Below are positions 9,497 to 19,935 of a stretch of 64,000 nucleotides of DNA, one piece after another. The stretch spans positions 96,001 through 160,000 of the forward strand of contig CAWDVP010000003.1 in the NCBI GenBank assembly GCA_963805945.1, read 5' to 3'. Position 1 is the first letter of the stretch. Each line of letters opens with the position of its first letter. The position numbers and the translations under genes are program-made. This DNA is from Vulcanimicrobiota bacterium. Its GTDB lineage: Bacteria > Vulcanimicrobiota > Vulcanimicrobiia > Eremiobacterales > Eremiobacteraceae. Under the pieces are notes generated by a model. The model had not been told where the DNA came from. It saw nothing but the letters and a program-made list of their open reading frames with translations, and searched no databases.

Positions 9497-10814
9497 CCGG
9501 CTGCAGGCCGGGTTCGGCGGCCCGCGCTGCGTACGCCTCGTCGAGGACCTCCACCAAGTGTTTCACCCGCGTCGACAAGCCGCGCTCGATCATGCCGGCT
9601 TGGATCTGCATGTGACAGCCGGGGTTGCCCGTCACCAGATAGTCGGCGCGCGCCGCCGCGATGGCGTCGAGCTTCTCGGCGAGGATGGTCGCCGACATCT
9701 CGGGCTGCGTGAGGTTGTAGACGCCTGCCGCGCCGCAACAGCGGTCCGCGTATTCGAGCTCGACGTAGTCAAGTCCGGGGATGCGCGCGAGCAGTTCGCG
9801 CGGTTGCCGGCGGATGCGCTGGCCATGCGCGAGGTGGCATGCATCCTGGTACGTGACGCGTTTCTTCACTTCGCCGAAATCATCGCGCACGCCGAGGTCG
9901 TACAAGAACTCGCTGATGTCCTTGACCTTGTGCGAGAACTCGCTCGCGCGGTCCGCGTAGAGCGCGTCGTGGCGCAGGAGCTCGCCGTATTCCTTCATCG
10001 CCGCGCCGCAGCCGGCTGAGTCGAGCAGCACCGCGTCGACCTTCGCTTCCTCGAAGACGTCGATGTTGCGTTGCGCCATCGCGATCGCATGCTCTCGTTC
10101 GCCGGCATGCAGGTTGAGCGCGCCGCAGCACCACTGCCCGCGCACGACGACGACCTCGCACCCGTTGTGTCGAAGCACGCGCGCCATGGCCTCGTGCACG
10201 TGGGCGAACAGCGAACCCATGACGCAGCCGACGAACAGGCCGACGCGCGCGCGTCGCTCTCCCTCGGCCGGTATCACCTCGGGCAGCGCGCCGCTGGGTG
10301 CAGCTGCAGCACGCGGGATCATGCGCACGAGCCTGCGCGCGCGCGCCGGCAGCACGGAGGCGGCGAACGAAGCGAGCGCCGGCCAGCGCTGCAGCAGTTG
10401 CGCCGGCGCCATGAAGAGCTTGAAGAGGCGTTCGTCCGGCAGCAGCCGATCGAACGCCAGATGACGGAAGCGCCGCCAGCCGCGCCGCTGGGGCGTCAAC
10501 TCGCCGCGCTCCTCGATCTGGAAGCGCGCGTACTCGAGCAGCCGGCCATACGGGACGCCGGACGGACAGGCGGTCTCGCACGCGCGACAGCCCAGGCACA
10601 TATAAAGATGCTCGGCGAGGTGCGCATCGATATCCGCCCCCCCGTCGGCGACTTGCTTCATTAGGAAGACGCGTCCGCGGGGCGAGTCCGATTCGAGGTG
10701 CAGCTCGCGATAGGTGGGGCAGGCCTGCTCGCACAGGCCGCAGCGCGTGCAGCGGCCGAGGTCCTCGTCGGCCGGACGCTCCGGCCCGGCATAGCCTTTC
10801 GGCTCGAGTTTCAC
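9483..10814 (-). CDS. glcF: Glycolate oxidase Fe-S subunit
   Basis: Two CxxCxxCxxxCP motifs and two CCG domains; downstream of glcDE. Confidence 0.85.
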   Translation of the reverse strand: MKLEPKGYAGPERPADEDLGRCTRCGLCEQACPTYRELHLESDSPRGRVFLMKQVADGGADIDAHLAEHLYMCLGCRACETACPSGVPYGRLLEYARFQIEERGELTPQRRGWRRFRHLAFDRLLPDERLFKLFMAPAQLLQRWPALASFAASVLPARARRLVRMIPRAAAAPSGALPEVIPAEGERRARVGLFVGCVMGSLFAHVHEAMARVLRHNGCEVVVVRGQWCCGALNLHAGEREHAIAMAQRNIDVFEEAKVDAVLLDSAGCGAAMKEYGELLRHDALYADRASEFSHKVKDISEFLYDLGVRDDFGEVKKRVTYQDACHLAHGQRIRRQPRELLARIPGLDYVELEYADRCCGAAGVYNLTQPEMSATILAEKLDAIAAARADYLVTGNPGCHMQIQAGMIERGLSTRVKHLVEVLDEAYAARAAEPGLQPATTG

Positions 10815-12134
10815 CTAGATGCCTCCACGCATGCGTCCTGGATCGAAGGTGCCGGTCGGGTCGAACGCCGCCTTGAGACGGCGCTGCAGCTTCACCGGAC
10901 TGGCGGCAGGCAGCGGCGCGAGGAATTCGTCCGCTCGCTCCGGTGGCACGGCCAGGTATGTGGCGCTCCAGCCGCTGTGCTCCAGCTGCTGCCAAAACGC
11001 CGCGCCAGGTTCGCGCCACGCCTCGACCGGCACGTGCGCGAACAGCACGCCTACGCTCGGATGGGCGCTGATCTCGACCTCGGGCCACGCGTCGCGCACG
11101 GCCTTCGCCAGCCCGAACGTCTGCGAGGGCAGCGCAACGAATTTCGCCACGACATAGCGGTCGTGCGGATATTGAGCGCCGCCGGCGAGCTCAACGAGAT
11201 CCGACCAGGTCGCCGCGACGAGCTCCGCGTCGAGATCGCGCAATTGAAGCGCGCCTGCGGCCCGACACTCGGCGGCCGAGCCTTCGAACTGCGCTCCGGT
11301 GGCCGAGCGCGAGCCGCCGCAGCGCACGACGAGCGTCCACGCGCCTGCGCCGCCGCGCAACGCGGTCGTGCGCGCCGCCGCGCGAGCGTCGTGAAGCGTC
11401 GTCGCGAGCACGAAAAGCGGCGAGCGCGCGATCGCTGTCGCCGCGGCGCATGCCGCCGCGCCGTCGTCGAACACGGCGACGAGCAGCCGCCCCGTCGCGG
11501 GCAGCGGCGCGACCTTGAGCGTGATCTCCCCGATGAGGCCGAGCGTGCCGTACGATCCGATGAACGCCTTGTGCGAGTCGTACCCGGCGACGCTCTTCAC
11601 GACTTTCGCGCCGCTGAAAGCGACGACGCCGTCGGACAGCGCGACGCGCATGCCGAGCACGTTGTCGCGCAGGGCGCCGTAGCGCTGGCGCAGGGCGCCG
11701 GTCGCGTTGGCCGCCAGCGTGCCGCCGATGGTGGCGCGCGCGGCGAACGGCGGGTCGCACGGGAAGAACTGGCCGTGCGCGTGTAGCGCCGCCTGGAGCT
11801 CGTGCAGCGGCGTTCCGGCGGCGACCGTCGCGGTGAGATCGCCGGGCGTATGCGCGAGCACGCCGCTCAGTTCGGATGTGTCGACCACCGCGTCGATCTC
11901 GCGCAGCGCCGGCGGCCTCTCGGATTTCGTGCCCGCGCCTCGGATGATGCAGGTGGCGCGCTCGGCGGCGATGATCGCGACCGCGCGCGCGCCTTCCTCG
12001 ACGGTGCGTGGCGAGAGGACGAGTTTCGGCGTGACGCCGGCCACGCGGAAGCGCTCGACTTCTTGCGGGTGCACGCGAAAGCGCGCGCCGAGCACTTCCT
12101 TGAGCGCGACGGTGAAGGGCGTCGAAGCGAGCAT
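10815..12134 (-). CDS. glcE: Glycolate oxidase FAD-binding subunit
   Basis: ATIGGTLA, KVVKSVAGYD, GSYGTLGLI, AFDPTGTF. Confidence 0.8.
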   Translation of the reverse strand: MLASTPFTVALKEVLGARFRVHPQEVERFRVAGVTPKLVLSPRTVEEGARAVAIIAAERATCIIRGAGTKSERPPALREIDAVVDTSELSGVLAHTPGDLTATVAAGTPLHELQAALHAHGQFFPCDPPFAARATIGGTLAANATGALRQRYGALRDNVLGMRVALSDGVVAFSGAKVVKSVAGYDSHKAFIGSYGTLGLIGEITLKVAPLPATGRLLVAVFDDGAAACAAATAIARSPLFVLATTLHDARAAARTTALRGGAGAWTLVVRCGGSRSATGAQFEGSAAECRAAGALQLRDLDAELVAATWSDLVELAGGAQYPHDRYVVAKFVALPSQTFGLAKAVRDAWPEVEISAHPSVGVLFAHVPVEAWREPGAAFWQQLEHSGWSATYLAVPPERADEFLAPLPAASPVKLQRRLKAAFDPTGTFDPGRMRGGI

Positions 12135-12146
12135 TGCGGGCGGCGC

Positions 12147-13599
12147 CTAGAAGGCAGGCCCGGCTGCCGCGGCGACCGCAGCAGGCAGGCTCTGCAGTCG
12201 CCGTGCCGCTTCGCCGCAGCGCCGCGAGGTGGGGAAGACTTTGCGCGGGTTGCTCAAGCCTCTGTCGCCGAACGCCGTCTTGACGCGCGCCATGAGGTCG
12301 AGATCGCCGGGCGAGAACTGCAGCGCCATGCAATCGCGCTTTTCGGTGCCGATGCCATGCTCGCCAGAGATGCTGCCGCCTCGCTCGACGCACGCGCGCA
12401 GGATCGCTTCGCCCGCGACGATGGCCAGCTCGACGTCGCCCGGCTTCTTCTCGTCGAACAGGATGAGCGGATGGAGGTTGCCGTCGCCCGCATGGAAGAC
12501 GTTGGCGATGCGCAGCCCGAACTTCGCGCTGATCGCGGCGATCTCGTCGAGCATCTCAGGCAGCATGCTGCGCGGGATCACGCCGTCTTGGACGTAGAAG
12601 CTCGGGCTGATGCGACCCATCGCGCCGAAGGCGCCTTTGCGGCCCTTCCAGATGCGTTCGCGCTCGTCGGCGCTGGTGGCGAAACGCACCTCGCGCGCGC
12701 TGTCGCGCCGGCACACGTCGCGCACCGCCGCAGCCGCTTCGTCGACTGCGGCGCTCACGTCGTCCACCTCGACGATGAGGATCGCCTCGGCGTCGGTCGG
12801 GAAACCTGCGTGCGCGAACTCCTCGATCGCCTGCGTCGACAGCCGGTCCATCATCTCGAGCGCGCCGGGGATGATGCCCGCGGCGATGATATGCGACACG
12901 GCGTTCGAAGCGTCGTGCACCGAGTCGAACACCGCGAGCAGCGTGCGCGAGGCCTGCTGGATCGGCGTGAGCTTGACGACGACCTTGGTGGCGATCCCGA
13001 GCGTGCCTTCAGAGCCGACGAACAGCCCGAGCAGGTCGTAGCCCGGGGCGTCCACGGTCGCTGCCGCCCAGCCACGTGAGCTCGCCGTCGGGCGTGACGA
13101 TCTCGACCCCGAGCGTGTGGTTGGTGGTGACGCCGTAGGCCAGGCAGTGCAGGCCGCCGGAGTTCTCGGCGATGTTGCCGCCGATCGTGCATGCCGCCTG
13201 GCTTGACGGATCGGGGATATAGCACAGGCCGAAGCGCTTGACCGCCGCGCTGATGTCCGCGTTGATGACGCCGGGTTCGACGATCGCGAGCCGATTCTCG
13301 ACGTCGATCTCGAGGATGTGGTTGAGCCGGGCGGTGGCGATCACCACGCCGCCCATCTCGGGCACGGCCCCGCCGGAAAGTCCCGTGCCGGCGCCGCGCG
13401 CTACGTACGGGTAGCCGCGCTCGTTGCAGGCGGCCACCACGGCCGCGATCTCCTCCGCGCTGCCGGGCAGCACGACGACCTCGGGCAAAGCCTGGTCCAC
13501 CGAGCCGTCGTACTGGTAGTTGCGCAGGTCTCCGCCGGCAGAAAGCGTGTGTGACGCGCCGACCAGGCCGGCCAAGCGTTTGACGAATCTCGCATCCAT
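12147..13599 (-). CDS. glcD: Glycolate oxidase subunit, frameshift near 13055
   Basis: N-part ARGAGTGLSGGA, PDPSSQAACTIGGN; C-part GSEGTLGI, FHAGDGNLHP, GEHGIG in a different frame. Confidence 0.85.
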
Positions 13600-13682
13600 G
13601 AGCAACGCAGACTGTTCGTGCTGGCGGGCGCCCACGACCTTCGCAGGGCAGGGAGCGGGAGAGGCGAACGCTATGCCCGCTC

Positions 13683-14006
13683 ATGCAGATAGAACGAGTC
13701 GAATGCACGCCGCAGCGCGAGGTCTACAACCCCGGTGACGTGCTCGACATCGCCGTCCGCTTCCGCGACGGTTTCGTCGGCCAGTGCGAGGCAGGTCTCG
13801 TCCGGCGCAACGGCGCGCCGCCGGCCGATTTCGCGCGGAACGTCCTGGCGCGCAGCAACGATAGGCTCTACGAGGGACAAGTGCAGGTGCGCGAGGACCT
13901 GGTCGGCTCGTGCGTCCTGCTGGTCCGGCTCACCCCGGTCAAAGGCCTGCCGCAGACGCTGCCTGAGGGCGAGCGGATTTTCGAGGTCCGCCCGATCAGG
14001 CCGTGA
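13683..14006 (+). CDS. Hypothetical protein
   Basis: 107-aa ORF filling the intergenic space, GGAGAGG upstream. Confidence 0.55.
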   Translation: MQIERVECTPQREVYNPGDVLDIAVRFRDGFVGQCEAGLVRRNGAPPADFARNVLARSNDRLYEGQVQVREDLVGSCVLLVRLTPVKGLPQTLPEGERIFEVRPIRP

Positions 14007-14124
14007 CCGCCGCCCGCTCGGCAGGAGACGGCCGCGTGGTCCACAAACGCGCGCAACGATTCGGACAGTCTGCACATCTGAACATCATCACTGAAGCACC
14101 ACCGCTGCCTTGGAGGACGAGACG

Positions 14125-14498
14125 ATGAGGCGCAAAGCAAAGGGCGCGGCCAAGAAGAAGGCCGCGACGAGAAAAGTCAAACGCACCGTCAAGAAGGCGA
14201 AGCGCACGGTCAAGCGCGCCGTGAAAAAGGCGACGCGCAAGAAGGCCAGGACGGTGAAAAAGACCGTCAGAGAAAGCGAAGAGGACCGTCGAAGAAAGCG
14301 GTGAGGAAGGCGGCGCCTAAGGTCAAAGCCGCGGTCGCCGCACGCGCAGCGGCCAAACACGAGCCGCTCATCCCGGCGCTCGACGACGCCGAGGGCGGCG
14401 TGCTGGTCATCGAGGAATTCGAAGAGGAAGAATTCGAGGAAGAGCCATTCGCAGAGGAAGAGGAAGATCTGCATCCGGAGCATCCGGAAGAGTATTAG
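14125..14498 (+). CDS. Lys/Arg-rich histone-H1-like protein with acidic tail, frameshifted near 14270-14292
   Basis: GGAGGA RBS; KKAKRTVKRAVKKA repeats continue as RKAAPKVKA...EEFEEEEFEEEPF after removing two apparent single-base insertions. Confidence 0.65.
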
Positions 14499-14510
14499 CC
14501 CTCACGCGGC

Positions 14511-14590
14511 GTAGGGGCCGACCTTAGGTCGGCCCTTTCTTTTTCATGTAGGGGCCGATCTTCAGATCGGCCCTCGAATTTATTCGACCG
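14511..14590 (+). repeat. Two tandem GTAG REPs (14511-14535, 14548-14573) plus a partial GGAG-type palindrome
   Basis: GTAGGGGCCGACCTTAGGTCGGCCC; GTAGGGGCCGATCTTCAGATCGGCCC; then TCGAATTTATTCGACCG. Confidence 0.88.
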
Positions 14591-15479
14591 ACGCGACGGT
14601 CGACGGCCCACCCGCATACGCCTCGCGCGTGTCGGGCAGTTGCGCGAACGCCCCGCGCCGCTGCAGCGCGTACAACACGGCGATTCCGATGGCCAGCACG
14701 GCGATACCGTACAAGCCTGCTTCGGGCCCGAACGAGCCGCCGGTGAGCAGATCCGGACCGCTCACGGTCTGCGTCAGCACCGACTGCGTGCCGATCCCGC
14801 TGACCTGCGCGCCCAGCACCGGTCCTTCAAAAAGATTCCAGCCGAAATGCGTGCCTAGTGCGAGCCACATCGATTTCGTCCATACGATCGAGAGGCATGC
14901 CCATAGGCCGAAGCCCGCGATATCGGCCGCTGCGATCCACGGATGGGCGCCGATGTTCGGGTTGCCGAAATGCAGCACCGCGAACAGCGCGGACGACACG
15001 AGCGCGGCGGGCCAGAAACCCATCTCCTCCCACAAGTTCTGCAAGACGTAGCCTCGGAATTGCATCTCCTCAGAGATCGCCGCGGCGGCGAACAGCACGA
15101 CCAACGCGGGCAGGAAGCGCAGATCGGCCGCGAGCGGCGACACGCCCGTCACCTTGAGCTCGCCGAACGCCGCTTCGCATGCGAACAGCAGCAGCTGCAT
15201 GCCGGTGCCCAACAAGAGCCCGATGGTGAGCAGGCGCCCCCAACGCGTGCGCAGCGGCATACCCAACGAGTCGATGCTGCGACGATCGAGGAACCTGCGC
15301 AGCCCAAAGCTGATGCCGACGACGAGGATCGCCGAGACGACCTCGAAGAGCGCGATGCCGCCGCCGGCGCGCACGATGCCGGACAAAAGATACTGCGCGA
15401 TGACCACGAGCATGGCGTAGATCACGACCCGAAAGACAGGCCGCAACCGGTCGTCCTTGAGGAAAAGACGCCGAAGCAT
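14580..15479 (-). CDS. CPBP (CAAX/Abi) intramembrane metalloprotease
   Basis: EEMQFRGY, FAVLH, HFGWN motifs; multiple TM helices. Confidence 0.9.
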   Translation of the reverse strand: MLRRLFLKDDRLRPVFRVVIYAMLVVIAQYLLSGIVRAGGGIALFEVVSAILVVGISFGLRRFLDRRSIDSLGMPLRTRWGRLLTIGLLLGTGMQLLLFACEAAFGELKVTGVSPLAADLRFLPALVVLFAAAAISEEMQFRGYVLQNLWEEMGFWPAALVSSALFAVLHFGNPNIGAHPWIAAADIAGFGLWACLSIVWTKSMWLALGTHFGWNLFEGPVLGAQVSGIGTQSVLTQTVSGPDLLTGGSFGPEAGLYGIAVLAIGIAVLYALQRRGAFAQLPDTREAYAGGPSTVASVE

Positions 15480-15537
15480 CGGGGGCTTTTTGGCGGGTTC
15501 AAAGGGCCGACCTGCCCGGTCTTGAACTCAAGCACGT

Positions 15538-16746
15538 ATGCAGACCGACGTGTCGAAAACAGAACTGAATCTCTGGCTCGCCTTCACCGATGAAGCCAAG
15601 ACACATCGCCTCTACAGCGCCTACGCGCTCCAAGCGATGAGCGAAGGACATCCGGAAGCCGCAGAGGCGTTCATGGAAGCGGCAGGCGATGAGATCGTGC
15701 ACGCGCTCCTCCATCTACGGGCGCTGGGCGCAGTGAAGAGCACGCGCGAGAATCTCCAGCAAGTCGTCGAGCACGAGGCTGCAGAGACCCAGCTCGTCTA
15801 TCCCCGCTACATCGCCGAGGCGAAGGCCGAGGGGCGCGCCGATGCGCTGGCGGGCTTCGAGCTCGCGATGGCGCGCGAGCAGCAACACGTCAAGCTGTTC
15901 GAAGACGCGCTGTCCGCGCTCGATCGCACGTCGGGAGACGGCGTCGCGCCGTCGTTCCTGCGCGCCGAGCCTCGCGTCGCGGCGGCGCACACACGTACCG
16001 CCGCCGGGGTCGAGAAGATGACCGGCCCGGCCGAGGTGACGGAAGAGCGCGAGCGCATCGCCTCGCGCACGCGCATCGGCGCCTTCGTCTTCGGCGCGCA
16101 AGATGGACTGCTCACCACGGTGAGCGTCGTCTCAGCGTTCTTCGGCGCCCAGGAATCGAACGCCAACATCCTGCTCGCGGGTTTCGCCACGGGCGTCGCG
16201 GGCATGGTCGCGATGACCGCCGGGCAGTTCCTGTCTTCCAAAGCGCAATCCGAGGTGCATCGTTCCGAGATCGAGCGCGAGCTGCAAGAGATCGCCGAAC
16301 ATCCGGCGGAGGAGCTGGCGGAACTGGTCGAGATCTACCGTCTCCAGGGCATGGCGCCGGAGCAGGCGCGCGATGCCGCGCTGGCCGTCTCGAAGGATCC
16401 GAAGAAGATGCTCGAGGTGATGGCGCGCGGCGAGCTCGGCATCGACACCGAGCCCTCCGTGAGCCCGCTCAAAGACGCCGCGGTCATGGCGCCGTCGTTC
16501 ATGCTCGGCGCGATCGTGCCGATCCTGCCTTACGTGTTCTCCACGCAGACGCCGGCGTTCGTCACTTCGATACTGCTGGCGTGCCTCGCGCTGTTCGCGA
16601 TCGGCGTCGTGAAGTCGCGCGTCGCCGGCGGCAGTCCATGGCGCTCCGGTCTGGAGCAGTTCGTCATCGGCGCCGGCGCGGGCGTCATCGGCTACATCGT
16701 CGGCACACTCGTGCCGCGCTTCTTCGGGGTGCGCTTCGTCGGCTGA
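15538..16746 (+). CDS. Rubrerythrin/ferritin-like di-iron domain fused to VIT1/CCC1 transporter (MbfA-like)
   Basis: DEAKTHRLY, DEIVHA, EQQH di-iron motifs; FGAQDGLLT and AMTAGQFLS VIT1 motifs. Confidence 0.85.
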   Translation: MQTDVSKTELNLWLAFTDEAKTHRLYSAYALQAMSEGHPEAAEAFMEAAGDEIVHALLHLRALGAVKSTRENLQQVVEHEAAETQLVYPRYIAEAKAEGRADALAGFELAMAREQQHVKLFEDALSALDRTSGDGVAPSFLRAEPRVAAAHTRTAAGVEKMTGPAEVTEERERIASRTRIGAFVFGAQDGLLTTVSVVSAFFGAQESNANILLAGFATGVAGMVAMTAGQFLSSKAQSEVHRSEIERELQEIAEHPAEELAELVEIYRLQGMAPEQARDAALAVSKDPKKMLEVMARGELGIDTEPSVSPLKDAAVMAPSFMLGAIVPILPYVFSTQTPAFVTSILLACLALFAIGVVKSRVAGGSPWRSGLEQFVIGAGAGVIGYIVGTLVPRFFGVRFVG

Positions 16747-16751
16747 TCCGA

Positions 16752-16777
16752 GGGCCGATCTAAAGATCGGCCCCTAC
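16752..16777 (-). repeat. GTAG-family REP
   Basis: GGGCCGATCTAAAGATCGGCCCCTAC. Confidence 0.9.
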
Positions 16778-16793
16778 ATGGCTGGCGAGCGCG

Positions 16794-17216
16794 TTACGGC
16801 CGGTCGTCTACCCAGACCGCTCCCTCGGGCGTGTGCTCTTTTTTCCAGATCGGCGCGATCCGCTTGAGTCGATCGATCGCGAAGCGGCAGCAGTCGAACG
16901 CCGCCGCGCGATGCGGCGCTGACACGGCGATGACGACGCTCACGTCGCCGACCTCGAGCGACCCGACGCGGTGATGGATGGCGATGTCGGTGATGGGGAA
17001 CTGCTTGCGCGCCTCCGCCGCGATGTCGGCGAAGACCCGTTCCACCATCTCCGGGTACGCCTCGTACTCGAGCAGGGTCACCTTGTGGCCGCGCGCTTCG
17101 TCGCGGACGCGTCCGACGAACGTGACCACGCCGCCCGCGCCGTCCTGCGAGATGATCTGCGCGGCGAGGTGCTCGTCGAGCGGTTCCGCGGTGAGGACGA
17201 AATGGCGGCTCGTCAT
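16794..17216 (-). CDS. moaE: Molybdopterin synthase catalytic subunit
   Basis: GGVVTFVGRVRD, LEYEAYPEM, HRVG, PIWKKE. Confidence 0.95.
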   Translation of the reverse strand: MTSRHFVLTAEPLDEHLAAQIISQDGAGGVVTFVGRVRDEARGHKVTLLEYEAYPEMVERVFADIAAEARKQFPITDIAIHHRVGSLEVGDVSVVIAVSAPHRAAAFDCCRFAIDRLKRIAPIWKKEHTPEGAVWVDDRP

Positions 17217-17458
17217 CCGCCGGCCACCGGGGGCAGGAGCGCGAGTTCGTCGCCCTCGTGCAGCAGCGTCTCGGGCGCGGCGAGTTCGCGATTGACGGCA
17301 AAGGCGATCGAACCGGCGGGCGCGGCGAGCTGCGGGTGCGCCGCCGTGATGCTCACGAATGCAGCGGCCGCGGTCGCGCCGTCCGGTACTTCGATGTCAA
17401 GCGCTCCGCGGCCCAGCGTCTCACGCTGAGAGGCGAAAAGCCGCACGCTGATACGCAT
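17213..17458 (-). CDS. moaD: Molybdopterin synthase sulfur carrier
   Basis: VRLFAS...GDELALLPPVAGG with C-terminal GG. Confidence 0.92.
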   Translation of the reverse strand: MRISVRLFASQRETLGRGALDIEVPDGATAAAAFVSITAAHPQLAAPAGSIAFAVNRELAAPETLLHEGDELALLPPVAGG

Positions 17459-17577
17459 ACAGTCCCGGACACTACGGCGCGCGCCTGCCTTCCTCCCTGG
17501 CACGTTGATGGCGCTAGGAGTTGGGGCACGGAAGTACAAGTCGTCCCTCCCCCTTCGACTAGCGAGGAATAAACGCC

Positions 17578-18189
17578 ATGCCGTTCACCGTGCCCGCTCT
17601 TGACTACGCCTATGACGCGCTCGAGCCGACCATCGACAAAGAGACGATGACGCTGCACCACGACAAGCACCATGCCGCCTATGTCAACAACCTCAATGCG
17701 GCCATCGAGAAGCACCCGGAATTGGCGAACAAATCGGCAGAAGAGCTCATCAAGGATCTCGCCGCCGTGCCCGATGACATCCGCGGCGCCGTGCGCAACA
17801 ATGGCGGCGGCCACGTCAATCACTCGATGTTCTGGACGATCATGGGTCCCGGCGGCGGCGGCGACCCCAAAGGTGCGCTCGGCGACGCCATCAAGAGCAC
17901 CTTCGGCGACTTCGAGACGTTCAAGACGCAGTTCAACGACGCCGGCGTCAAGCAGTTCGGCAGCGGCTGGGCCTGGCTCGTCCTCGCCGGCGGCAAACTG
18001 CTCATCACGAGCACGGCCAATCAAGACAACCCGATGTCGGCCGGCCAGGTCCCGATCATGGGCAATGACGTGTGGGAGCACGCGTACTACCTCAAGTACC
18101 AGAACCGCCGCCCCGACTACCTCAAGGCCTGGTGGAACGTCGTCAATTGGGACGCGATCGGCAAGCGCTTTGACGCCGCGAAGAAGTAG
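17578..18189 (+). CDS. sodA: Mn/Fe superoxide dismutase
   Basis: [28 protein letters not shown]. Confidence 0.95.
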   Translation: MPFTVPALDYAYDALEPTIDKETMTLHHDKHHAAYVNNLNAAIEKHPELANKSAEELIKDLAAVPDDIRGAVRNNGGGHVNHSMFWTIMGPGGGGDPKGALGDAIKSTFGDFETFKTQFNDAGVKQFGSGWAWLVLAGGKLLITSTANQDNPMSAGQVPIMGNDVWEHAYYLKYQNRRPDYLKAWWNVVNWDAIGKRFDAAKK

Positions 18190-18195
18190 GCGCCG

Positions 18196-18966
18196 ATGAG
18201 CGGACTGCTCGCGGGTAAGACCGCGTTGGTGATGGGCGTCGCGAACCGCTGGAGCATCGCGACCGCCATCGCCAAGGCGCTCCACGCCCATGGCGCGCGC
18301 CTCGCGCTTACCTACGAGGGCGAGCGCACCAAAGACGAGGTCGAGAAGCTCGTCGGCGAGCTGGGCGGCGGGCTCGCGCTGCTGTGCGACGTCGCCAAAG
18401 ACGAGAGCCTCGCGGAGCTGCGGACGACGCTCGAGTCGAAGTACAAGACGCTCGACATCGTCGTGCATAGCATCGCATTCGCGCGCAAGGAAGAGCTGGC
18501 CGGCAAGTACTACGCGACCTCGCGCTCGGGCTTCGGCGTAGCGCTCGACGTGAGCGCGTTCTCGCTCGTCGCGCTGTGCCGCGAGCTCGCGCCGATCATC
18601 GCCGAAAACGGATCGGTGATGACGATGACCTACCTCGGCTCGGTGCGCGCGGTCCAGAACTACAACGTCATGGGCGTCGCCAAGGCGGCGCTCGAAGCAT
18701 CCGTCCGCTATCTCGCGGTGGATATGGGCGAGCGCGGCATCCGCGTCAACGGCATCTCCGCCGGCCCTATCAAGACGGCATCGGCGCGCGCGGTGAGCGG
18801 TTTCACCGCCATCCTCGGCGAGGTCGGCCAGCGCGCGCCGCTGCGGCGCAACGCGACCGCGGATGACGTCGCCAATATGGCGGTCTTCCTGGGAAGCGAT
18901 CTGTCGTCGGCGGTCACAGGCCAGGTCATCTACGTCGACGCCGGCTACAATATCGTCGGAATCTAG
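18196..18966 (+). CDS. fabI: Enoyl-ACP reductase
   Basis: GVANRWSIA, HSIAFA, YNVMGVAKAALE, SAGPIKT. Confidence 0.95.
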   Translation: MSGLLAGKTALVMGVANRWSIATAIAKALHAHGARLALTYEGERTKDEVEKLVGELGGGLALLCDVAKDESLAELRTTLESKYKTLDIVVHSIAFARKEELAGKYYATSRSGFGVALDVSAFSLVALCRELAPIIAENGSVMTMTYLGSVRAVQNYNVMGVAKAALEASVRYLAVDMGERGIRVNGISAGPIKTASARAVSGFTAILGEVGQRAPLRRNATADDVANMAVFLGSDLSSAVTGQVIYVDAGYNIVGI

Positions 18967-19036
18967 CCGCGACGAGAGGTCAGCAGAGCGCGGATGGACA
19001 ACGTTGGGGTCCGCTGCGGCACAAGGGGGATACGTG

Positions 19037-19246
19037 ATGGGCCTAACATGGAAAGATGTCGAAGACATCGGGTTCGAATTAGCACAGGCTCATCCGGATG
19101 AGGATCCCGGCCAGGTGCCGTTGCCCGAACTTCTGCAAATGGTGACCGACCTTGACGATTTCGAGGACGACCCGGAGCGGGTGGACGAAAGCACGCTGCA
19201 GCGTATCGCCGCCGCTTGGCACGTGGAGTTCGCCGAAAAGGCGTAA
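19037..19246 (+). CDS. iscX: Fe-S cluster assembly protein IscX
   Basis: LTWKDVEDIG...HPDEDP...DFEDDP...LQRIAAAW. Confidence 0.85.
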   Translation: MGLTWKDVEDIGFELAQAHPDEDPGQVPLPELLQMVTDLDDFEDDPERVDESTLQRIAAAWHVEFAEKA

Positions 19247-19252
19247 CCTCGG

Positions 19253-19927
19253 ATGAGCCGGCTCGGCCTGTTCCCGCTGCGCAGCGTGCTGCTGCCGGGC
19301 GCCGCGCTCCGGCTCCACATCTTCGAAGACCGCTATAAAGAGATGATCGGCGCCTGTCTTGAATCGGGCGACCCCTTCGGTGTCCTGCTCGATCGCGCTG
19401 ACAAAGAGGTGGGGGACGACCTGGACCCGGTGCAGGTCGGGACGGCTGCGCAGATCGCCGAGGTCACCCACCTGCCGCACGGCCGGCTCTTCATCGTCAC
19501 CCGTGGCACGAGGCGCTTCCGCACCGAGCGCATCCTCCAGAAGAAACCTTTTTGGGCCGCCGAGGTAACCTATCTGGGCGAACCGGTCGGCTCCGGTGAG
19601 GCGGCCACCCTCCAAGCCATCGCAGCCGAGCGGTTCACCGATTATCTGCAGGCGCTGCTGGCGCTCTTCAAGCGCGAACTGGACAGCGTCCAGATGCCGG
19701 ATGACGCGAACGAGTTCTCCTATCTGATCGCGGATGCGCTGCAAGTGGAGATGCCGGTCAAGCAGAAGCTGCTCGAGGCGCCGAGCGCGGCTGCGCGCCT
19801 GCGTGATGAAGTGGCAATCCTCGAGGGCGAGACGACGCGGCTGCGTGAACTCGCCGCCGCGGGGGTGCAGGCCGCCGACGCCGATCGAGAGCAGACGCCC
19901 TTCAACGTTCGCTTCTCCGTCAACTAG
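19253..19927 (+). CDS. Lon protease N-terminal (substrate-binding) domain protein
   Basis: LFPL.SVLLPG..L.LHIFEDRY..MI; GTRRFR. Confidence 0.88.
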   Translation: MSRLGLFPLRSVLLPGAALRLHIFEDRYKEMIGACLESGDPFGVLLDRADKEVGDDLDPVQVGTAAQIAEVTHLPHGRLFIVTRGTRRFRTERILQKKPFWAAEVTYLGEPVGSGEAATLQAIAAERFTDYLQALLALFKRELDSVQMPDDANEFSYLIADALQVEMPVKQKLLEAPSAAARLRDEVAILEGETTRLRELAAAGVQAADADREQTPFNVRFSVN

Positions 19928-19935
19928 GCCGCCTG

